Shown here: piece after piece, positions 7,732 through 13,299 of the stretch
How positions within the stretch are numbered: position 1 is the stretch's first letter
How the letters are laid out: the number at the start of each line of letters is the position of its first letter
NCBI GenBank assembly: GCA_011045995.1
Contig: DSBQ01000004.1
Coordinates: 1-24,000, forward strand
Reading direction: 5' to 3'
DNA: 24,000 bases
Origin: Methanoculleus sp.
GTDB lineage: Archaea > Halobacteriota > Methanomicrobia > Methanomicrobiales > Methanomicrobiaceae
Program-made: the position numbers and the translations under genes
The notes under the pieces: generated by a model
What the model saw: only the letters and a program-made list of their open reading frames with translations
What the model was told of the DNA's origin: nothing
Database searches by the model: none

Positions 7732-8369
7732 CAGAAGGCATCAACGAGGTCATCGCGACGACGGCGGGAGCATGCAGGAAGGACGAGAGCAGGGGCGAGA
7801 GCGAGAGCACAACCACTACCAATACAGGGAACGATGCCCTCCCCCTCCGCCCCAACGCCGCCCCGATGGGCATCTTCTGCCGCAAAGGCAGGATACGCAT
7901 GCGGGTCTACCGCGGCACCCACACGGAGGAGAACATGCGAAGAAACGGGTGGGTCGTCGCGAACGTGACACACGACCCGGTGGTCTTCGTGGAGACGGCG
8001 TTCGGGGATATCGGTGCCGACCGGTTCACGGAAATTACGCATGAAGGAACGACCTTCTGGCGCCTGAAGGACTGCGAGGCGTGGGCGGCATTTCGCTGTA
8101 CCGTGCTGCATGTGAGCGAAGACCTCTCGGTCTTCGAGCTCCACCCCGTCGCCGAAGAAATAATTTCCTGTGAGGTGCACCCGCACAACCGGGGGTTTTC
8201 GTCGGTGATCGATGCGACGATCCTCGGAACAAGATATGTGATGTTCAACGATCCGGCGATGCTGGAGAAGATCCGGTATCACCGGGACATTGCGCTGAAG
8301 TGCGGATCGGAGCGGGAAAGGATTGCGATAAAAAAGCTGGATGAAGTTATTGGAATTTCTGTTGATTAG
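7713..8369 (+). CDS. DUF447-like (FMN-binding split-barrel-like) protein
   Basis: 218 aa from ATG 7713: MELGILTEGINEVIATT...NAAPMGIF...HNRGF. The blocks resemble DUF447 as I remember it. It overlaps the CitG-like gene by 19 nt. The track ORF from 7416 is an in-frame upstream extension inside the previous gene. Confidence 0.62.
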   Translation: MELGILTEGINEVIATTAGACRKDESRGESESTTTTNTGNDALPLRPNAAPMGIFCRKGRIRMRVYRGTHTEENMRRNGWVVANVTHDPVVFVETAFGDIGADRFTEITHEGTTFWRLKDCEAWAAFRCTVLHVSEDLSVFELHPVAEEIISCEVHPHNRGFSSVIDATILGTRYVMFNDPAMLEKIRYHRDIALKCGSERERIAIKKLDEVIGISVD

Positions 8370-8758
8370 ATAACTTCATCGAAGATGACCTGGCTGTTCC
8401 CGTTGTCGAAGGTTGCAACGACGACAACCCGGTCAAGGTTCCTTGTTGCCCCGTTGAACAGCACCTGGTCTCCCAGCTGTGGATTGGGTAGTTCTCCTGA
8501 TGCATTGTACACGCCGCCATTGTACGAGGAGGCATTGATCAGGGTCACCTGGTTGGCTGATGAACTGCCCATGTAGGTGACCTGTATCTGGTCGCCGACC
8601 TGCTTTGCGGAGACCGCTACCATGTTCGCATTGTCCACGTCCTGCGGCATACCGAAGACCTGTACGGCGATGATCGCCGCAAGGATCATCGTAACTGCCA
8701 CCATGAGGATGACCCCGATGACCGGTGAGGTTGCTTCTTCATTGTCCTGTAATTTCAT
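8366..8758 (-). CDS. archaeal type IV pilin-like protein (class III signal peptide, DUF1628-type)
   Basis: MKLQDNEEATSPVIGVILMVAVTMILAAIIAV has a short charged leader followed by a hydrophobic helix, typical of archaeal pilin N-terminal domains. The C-terminus reads RVVVVATFDNGNSQVIFD. The start is set at ATG 8758 because the leader TGAAATGAA aligns with the paralogue. The track start at 8767 is a GTG. Confidence 0.8.
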   Translation of the reverse strand: MKLQDNEEATSPVIGVILMVAVTMILAAIIAVQVFGMPQDVDNANMVAVSAKQVGDQIQVTYMGSSSANQVTLINASSYNGGVYNASGELPNPQLGDQVLFNGATRNLDRVVVVATFDNGNSQVIFDEVI

Positions 8759-8860
8759 TTCACTCACATCCTGATGATCTGATTTATGTATCAGACCAAA
8801 CTGATTATGGATTAGTATGCAATATTACTATATATGTATTTGCAATGCAATAACTTATGT

Positions 8861-8870
8861 TTATATATAA
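8861..8870 (-). promoter_or_regulatory. candidate TATA box for pilin gene A
   Basis: The minus strand reads TTATATATAA within the AT-rich spacer. It predicts a leader of about 80 nt. An alternative TATA-like CATATATAG lies at 8828-8836. Confidence 0.35.
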
Positions 8871-9022
8871 TCGGTTTTCTGGAATGCCTATATTTGAAAC
8901 TTATTTAGCTAATAAGAACCATTGGGCTCATTTTTAAATTTTCAACAATTATTTGATGGGCAATATTGAATGCAGCAATTCCCTTCAATTTTGATAGTCA
9001 TTCTATAAAGGGAATCGAAACG

Positions 9023-9030
9023 AAAAAAAA
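9023..9030 (-). terminator. oligo-T terminator after pilin gene B
   Basis: A8 on the plus strand gives T8 on the minus strand, 14-21 nt downstream of the stop at 9044-9046. Confidence 0.5.
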
Positions 9031-9043
9031 GGGTTTTAGAGTA

Positions 9044-9505
9044 TCAGACAGTATTGTCGTAGATCACCTGGCTGCTACCATCGCCGAAGGTTGCAATAAC
9101 AACGATGCGTTCCTGACCTTCAACAGTTGCGCCACAGCTCATGGAGAGTGCGTCACCCACATCAGGTGAAACAATCCATGCTTTACTTGTGTCAGTACCA
9201 ATACCCCTTACACCTGCAGCAGCCGCGGGCTGAATAGCGGTTATGTTTGCTGGCGAACCATCAGCCTCGTAAAGTGTAATATTCAATCCCTGAACGCTAC
9301 CGTGATCTGGTCCGCCCTGATACGTAACTGTAATATCGCTTCCAACCTGCTTTGCCGTAACCGCGACCGTCTTCGTCGTCTGGACGTCTCCGGCCATGCC
9401 GAAGACAAACACTGCAATGACTGCAGCGAGAATGACCGTGATGGCCACCATGAGGATAACACCGATGACCGGTGATACTGCCTCTTCATCGTTCATGAAC
9501 TTCAT
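9044..9505 (-). CDS. archaeal type IV pilin-like protein (paralogue of 8366-8758)
   Basis: MKFMNDEEAVSPVIGVILMVAITVILAAVIAV...VAVTAKQVGSDITVTYQGG...RIVVIATFGDGSSQVIYD. ATG 9505 is preceded by a strong Shine-Dalgarno GAGGTGA with a 5-nt spacer. The track start at 9526 is a TTG. Confidence 0.82.
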   Translation of the reverse strand: MKFMNDEEAVSPVIGVILMVAITVILAAVIAVFVFGMAGDVQTTKTVAVTAKQVGSDITVTYQGGPDHGSVQGLNITLYEADGSPANITAIQPAAAAGVRGIGTDTSKAWIVSPDVGDALSMSCGATVEGQERIVVIATFGDGSSQVIYDNTV

Positions 9506-9601
9506 TTCATTCACCTCTTCACACAAATGCCTGCGCCCACTGTTAGGCGCACGCAGTAATGCATGTCAATACATTTGACGAATAGAAATATCCTTTCACA
9601 G

Positions 9602-9608
9602 TATATAA
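9602..9608 (-). promoter_or_regulatory. candidate TATA box for pilin gene B
   Basis: The minus strand reads GCTTATATAC. It predicts a leader of about 75 nt, similar to the geometry upstream of pilin gene A. Confidence 0.4.
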
Positions 9609-9693
9609 GCATATTCTTTGATTTTGGAACGGCATATGAATCGTTCGTTTGGGGCATATCCGGGGCGGTGATCGTTCGTCATTCCGGCATCCG

Positions 9694-9708
9694 GGAAATA
9701 ATATTTCC
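9694..9708. promoter_or_regulatory. perfect 15-bp palindrome GGAAATA-A-TATTTCC (candidate transcription-factor operator)
   Basis: Two perfect 7-bp arms surround a single central base, about 90 nt upstream of the pilin-B TATA box. The sequence itself is certain; the function is inferred. Confidence 0.3.
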
Positions 9709-9830
9709 TCTTTGCCGCGTAATCCCGTTCTGCTTTGTTTTGCATTGACGACGGCCGGAACAGCCGTATTCATGCAGAAATGCTAATATTTAAGTATTGG
9801 ATCTGCATTCTGCCGCAGAACGGGAATGCA

Positions 9831-10262
9831 TCAGGAAAGAATCAGCACCAGGAGCCCGTCGTCCGTTTCCACCGGAATGTCGGGAACAACGGCGCCGATA
9901 AACCCCTTCAGGTAGGCGGCGGCGATGGCGGGCGTGCAGTCGCGGAAGGTGAACATCGTCCCGCAGGAGGGGCTTACGATCAGGTACTGCCGGTCACCCT
10001 CGGTGCGGCGTTCGCATTCGATGTGGGTGATCAGAAACAGGCTCTCCAGAATGTCGGGCCCCCGCATGAAGTCCGGCATCCGCCCGATATAGCGGATGCT
10101 GTCCTCCGCACCGACCGCCTCCACCTCCGTGAGGATCGCCTCACGCACCTCCGGCGGCCCGCGGGCATAGAGACGTTCCATCACGTCGCAGCCGATGTCC
10201 CGCGGTTCCCAGTTCCGTGCGAGCTTCAGCAGGCTCCAGTCGCGGGAAAACTGTCCTTTCAT
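9831..10262 (-). CDS. hypothetical soluble protein (143 aa), last gene of the Lrp operon
   Basis: The ORF has genome-typical GC-rich codon usage. ATG 10262 lies 9 nt after the upstream stop and is preceded by AGGGGA. I recognise no family. The C-terminal CTPAIAAAYLKGFIGAV is faintly V4R-like, at low confidence. Confidence 0.55.
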   Translation of the reverse strand: MKGQFSRDWSLLKLARNWEPRDIGCDVMERLYARGPPEVREAILTEVEAVGAEDSIRYIGRMPDFMRGPDILESLFLITHIECERRTEGDRQYLIVSPSCGTMFTFRDCTPAIAAAYLKGFIGAVVPDIPVETDDGLLVLILS

Positions 10263-10271
10263 CGTTCCCCT

Positions 10272-10559
10272 TCACCCGCGCAGGACGGCAAAGTTCATCA
10301 CGCCGATGCCGATGATCGCAAGGATCCTCGCAACCACCTCGCCCCAGTAGAGCATCTCGGAAGAGACGTTCGCGACGACGGAGATGTCCGGGAGGACGAT
10401 GCCGATGACGAGAATAAACATCCCGAGCGTGAAATAGAGCAGGCTCGGCTGCCGGATGAGTTTGTACGCATCATAGATGAAGATGATGAGCGCCCCCCCC
10501 AAAATGAGGGTGACGAGGGCCAGGATCTGCTGGATGAGGATAAACTGCGATTCAATCAT
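10272..10559 (-). CDS. small integral membrane protein (95 aa, about 3 TM helices)
   Basis: Three hydrophobic stretches: ILALVTLILGGALIIFIY, LLYFTLGMFILVIGIVL and VVARILAIIGIGVMNFAVL. The start overlaps the Lrp gene end by 8 nt. Confidence 0.62.
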   Translation of the reverse strand: MIESQFILIQQILALVTLILGGALIIFIYDAYKLIRQPSLLYFTLGMFILVIGIVLPDISVVANVSSEMLYWGEVVARILAIIGIGVMNFAVLRG

Positions 10560-11013
10560 ACAGGCGCACGCTCCCGTTCTGTTCCTTGATCCGTTTGACG
10601 GTGATGAAGGGCTTGATCTCCTTTACCCCCTCGAACGAGGAGAGGGGGACGAGGATATCGTTCTTCATGTCCGTGATGGACGGAACCACCACCTTGGCGA
10701 TGAAATCCGACGGCTCCAGCGTCTCGTAGACCTCGAGGCAGCATGCATGGGTCGCAAGAAACGCCGCCACCCGCTCCTTGTCATGCGGAGTGACGGTGAT
10801 CGTCAGAAACGCAATCAGGCTCTCGGCAAAGTAGTCCGGGTTGATCGCGATCGTAAAGCCCTCGATCACGTTCGAGCGCTTCAGTTTCTCTATCCGTTTG
10901 AACACCGTCGACGGCGCGATATCAAGGATCTTCCCCAGTTCCGCCATCGAAATTCTGCCGTCCCGGGCAAGCTCCCGCAGGATGGCGCTGTCCGTTTCAT
11001 CCACCGTCTCCAC
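10552..11013 (-). CDS. Lrp/AsnC-family transcriptional regulator
   Basis: 153 aa. There is an N-terminal HTH (DSAILRELARDGRISMAELGKILDIAPSTVFKRIEKL) and a C-terminal RAM-type ligand-binding domain. The start codon is GTG at 11013, and the upstream frame is closed by a TGA 14 codons earlier. Confidence 0.85.
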   Translation of the reverse strand: METVDETDSAILRELARDGRISMAELGKILDIAPSTVFKRIEKLKRSNVIEGFTIAINPDYFAESLIAFLTITVTPHDKERVAAFLATHACCLEVYETLEPSDFIAKVVVPSITDMKNDILVPLSSFEGVKEIKPFITVKRIKEQNGSVRLYD

Positions 11014-11039
11014 CGTAATGGGAGTATTTTTCCTGCACC

Positions 11040-11053
11040 TATTTAATAATAAT
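11040..11053 (-). promoter_or_regulatory. candidate TATA region of the Lrp operon
   Basis: The minus strand reads ATTATTATTAAATA, about 27-40 nt upstream of the GTG, implying a very short leader. It is flanked by GGAAATA (11058-11064, minus sense) and GGAAAAATA (11025-11033, minus sense). Confidence 0.35.
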
Positions 11054-11086
11054 CAATTATTTCCAATATCGCCGGCAAAGTGTTGA

Positions 11087-11899
11087 TCATTTCCCGCCAG
11101 CCCGGATATCCCGGTAGGACGGGTTCACCGACCGCCGCCCCGACGAGGACGGGACCGCGTAGCGTATCGCTTCAGCGGTAAACACCTTCGCCTCCCGGCA
11201 GGCGTCCGCGAGCGGCGCCCCGCGGGCCAGGTGGGCGGCAAGCGCCGCCGAGAGGCAGCACCCCGACCCGTGCACCTCGTACGGGTAGCGCTTCCCCTCA
11301 AAAAACGTGAACTCGCCCCCCGAAAAGAGCAGGTCGACGGCCTTCTTCCCCGCCATGTCCCCGCCCTTCAGGAGCACCGCCCGTGCGCCGGTGTTCATGA
11401 GCTCCTCGGCGACCTCCTCCATCTTCCCCCGTGTCGTAATCGCCCCCCTCCCGGTCAGGCGGCACGCCTCCTCGATGTTCGGGGTGATGATGTCCGCCCG
11501 CGGCATCAGGAGCTCCACCAGCGCCTGCTCGCCCGCGGCGTCCAGCAGCGCCGCCCCAGAGGTGGCGACGATCACCGGGTCGACGACGAGCCGCACCCCG
11601 TCCGCCGGAAGGGCGTCGGCCACCGCCGCGACGCACTCCGCCGTCGCAAGCATCCCCGTCTTGCACGCCGTCACCGGAAAGTCCGCAAAGACCGCCTCCA
11701 TCTGCGACCGGATCATCCCGGTCGGCACGGGAAGGCTCTGGCGCACCTCCGCCGTGTTCTGGGCCGTTATTGCAGTAAGAACACTGCATCCCCACACCCC
11801 GAGTGCGGCAAAGGCCTTGATGTCCGCCTGAACGCCGGCCCCGCCGCCGGAGTCCGAGCCGGCGATCGTGCATGCGCAGGGATAGTCTGCATTCTTCAT
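11087..11899 (-). CDS. thiD: hydroxymethylpyrimidine / phosphomethylpyrimidine kinase
   Basis: 270 aa. CTIAGSDSGGGAGVQADIKAF...AITAQNT...KTGML...LLKGG...HGSGC are canonical ThiD/PdxK-family blocks. The gene is stand-alone, with no ThiN fusion. Confidence 0.88.
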   Translation of the reverse strand: MKNADYPCACTIAGSDSGGGAGVQADIKAFAALGVWGCSVLTAITAQNTAEVRQSLPVPTGMIRSQMEAVFADFPVTACKTGMLATAECVAAVADALPADGVRLVVDPVIVATSGAALLDAAGEQALVELLMPRADIITPNIEEACRLTGRGAITTRGKMEEVAEELMNTGARAVLLKGGDMAGKKAVDLLFSGGEFTFFEGKRYPYEVHGSGCCLSAALAAHLARGAPLADACREAKVFTAEAIRYAVPSSSGRRSVNPSYRDIRAGGK

Positions 11900-11942
11900 A
11901 ATGGAAGTATGGGCGCCCGGAGGTGAAGGGATTTTCTGCTTC

Positions 11943-11950
11943 TTTTATAG
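11943..11950. promoter_or_regulatory. single TATA-like element in the thiD / PurM-like divergent spacer
   Basis: TTTTATAG on the plus strand (CTATAAAA on the minus strand). It lies about 21 nt from ATG 11968 and about 48 nt from the thiD ATG at 11899. It is the only AT-rich element in the 68-bp spacer. Confidence 0.33.
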
Positions 11951-11967
11951 TACCGGGGGGGCAACAT

Positions 11968-13299
11968 ATGGGCATGGATATTGAGGAGATGACCCGCCGC
12001 TGCCTCGCGGGCGGGACTTCCGATGAGGAGTGCGCCCGGCGGCTGCAGTCACACATATGCTCCAAAAAACCCCGTGTCTCGCCGGACTACGCGCTGGAGC
12101 TTGCCCGTGCGGTCATGACCGAGGTTGCAAACACCACCGGCCTTGCAGGCGACCTCCTTACCTTCGAGCCCTCCGGCGTTACGATGGGGGAGTTCGGGGT
12201 CGGCTCCCGCGGCGCGGGCGACTTCTTTGCCCACCGCCAGTTCCCGAAGATCATCGGCACGACCGGCGCGTCGGTCGGCGTCGACGAGATGGACGACGCG
12301 GGCGCCGTCGAGGCGGACGGCACCTACATCATCACCACCGTCGACGGGATGCACTCCCGCCTCTCCGACTTCCCCTTCCTCGCCGGGTTCCACGTCACCC
12401 GCGCCACGCTCCGCGACGTCTACGTGATGGGGGCCCGCCCGGTCGCGCTCCTTTCCGACATCCACGTCGCCGACGACGGCGATGTCGCAAAGATCTTCGA
12501 GTATACCGCGGGCGTCGCCGCCGTCAGCGAGGCGATGGGCGTCCCGCTCGTCACCGGCTCGACGCTGCGCATCGGCGGCGACATGGTGCTCGGCAGCCGC
12601 ATGACCGGCTGTGTCGGCGCCGTCGGCGTCGCCGAGCACCTCACCGCCCGCAGATCGACCGTTCCCGGCGACGTCCTCCTGATGACCGAAGGGGCGGGCG
12701 GCGGCACCATTGCAACGGCCGCCCTCTACTCCGGCTTTCCCGGCGTCGTCGGGGAGACGATCAACCTCCACTTCCTCCGGGCAAGCGAGGCGCTCCTTGA
12801 TGCCGATATCCTCACGGAGATCCACTCCATGACGGACGTGACGAACGGCGGCCTGCGAGGCGACGTCTACGAGATGGCAGAGACCGCAGGCTGCCGCATC
12901 GTCGTGGATGAGGCGCCGCTCCGCTCGCTCATCAACCCCGCCGTCCGGGAGATGCTCGACGCCCTCAACATCGACCACCTCGGCGTCTCGCTCGATGCGC
13001 TCCTCGTCGTCGCCCCCCCGGAGGCGGCAAAGGAGATCATCCGCGTCGTCGCCTCCGCGGGCGTCCTCATGAAGGAGATCGGCTACGTGACCGAAGGGCC
13101 GTCGGATTCAAAACTCCTCATAGAAGGCGAGCTCCACGACTTTCTGCCCCGGTTCAGGGAATCCGCCTACACCCCGGTAAAAAAAGTGGTCGACACCCAT
13201 CAGCGCGACTTCGACGAGATGAAGGACGCCGTCGAAGGTGCCGCCGAACGGGCCCGCCAAAAGAAGGAGCGGGTCATGCAGGAGTACCTCACCCGCTAG
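11968..13299 (+). CDS. AIR-synthase-related (PurM/ThiL/HypE/SelD superfamily) ATP-utilising protein, function unknown
   Basis: 443 aa from ATG 11968. VDEMDDAGAV...IITTVDGMHS...ATLRDVYVMGARP are PurM-superfamily N-domain blocks. An extra N-terminal segment of about 60 aa precedes them. The GTG at 11923 lies upstream of the TATA element and is therefore unlikely. Confidence 0.72.
   Translation: MGMDIEEMTRRCLAGGTSDEECARRLQSHICSKKPRVSPDYALELARAVMTEVANTTGLAGDLLTFEPSGVTMGEFGVGSRGAGDFFAHRQFPKIIGTTGASVGVDEMDDAGAVEADGTYIITTVDGMHSRLSDFPFLAGFHVTRATLRDVYVMGARPVALLSDIHVADDGDVAKIFEYTAGVAAVSEAMGVPLVTGSTLRIGGDMVLGSRMTGCVGAVGVAEHLTARRSTVPGDVLLMTEGAGGGTIATAALYSGFPGVVGETINLHFLRASEALLDADILTEIHSMTDVTNGGLRGDVYEMAETAGCRIVVDEAPLRSLINPAVREMLDALNIDHLGVSLDALLVVAPPEAAKEIIRVVASAGVLMKEIGYVTEGPSDSKLLIEGELHDFLPRFRESAYTPVKKVVDTHQRDFDEMKDAVEGAAERARQKKERVMQEYLTR

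Noticed and set aside
9001-9022. CRISPR-repeat-like sequence ...ataaagggaatcgaaac in the AT-rich spacer.
   Set aside because: It is a single copy. There are no regularly spaced repeats anywhere in the window and no cas genes.
8966-9169. 67-aa plus-strand ORF starting in the AT-rich spacer.
   Set aside because: Most of it is antisense to the well-supported pilin B gene, and it has no recognisable features.
9543-9773. 76-aa minus-strand ORF (and the 61-aa plus ORF 9563-9748) filling the spacer upstream of pilin B.
   Set aside because: It has AT-rich third positions unlike real genes here, no start context or Shine-Dalgarno sequence, and a basic low-complexity translation. It would also contain the predicted pilin-B TATA box and leader. 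It is better explained as regulatory DNA, though a small protein cannot be excluded without expression data.
11923-11967. GTG start at 11923 for the PurM-like gene, and TTG start at 5281 for the Hjc-like gene, as given by the ORF track.
   Set aside because: Both lie upstream of, or on top of, the only TATA-like element in their spacers. The internal ATGs (11968 and 5308) fit the promoter geometry better.
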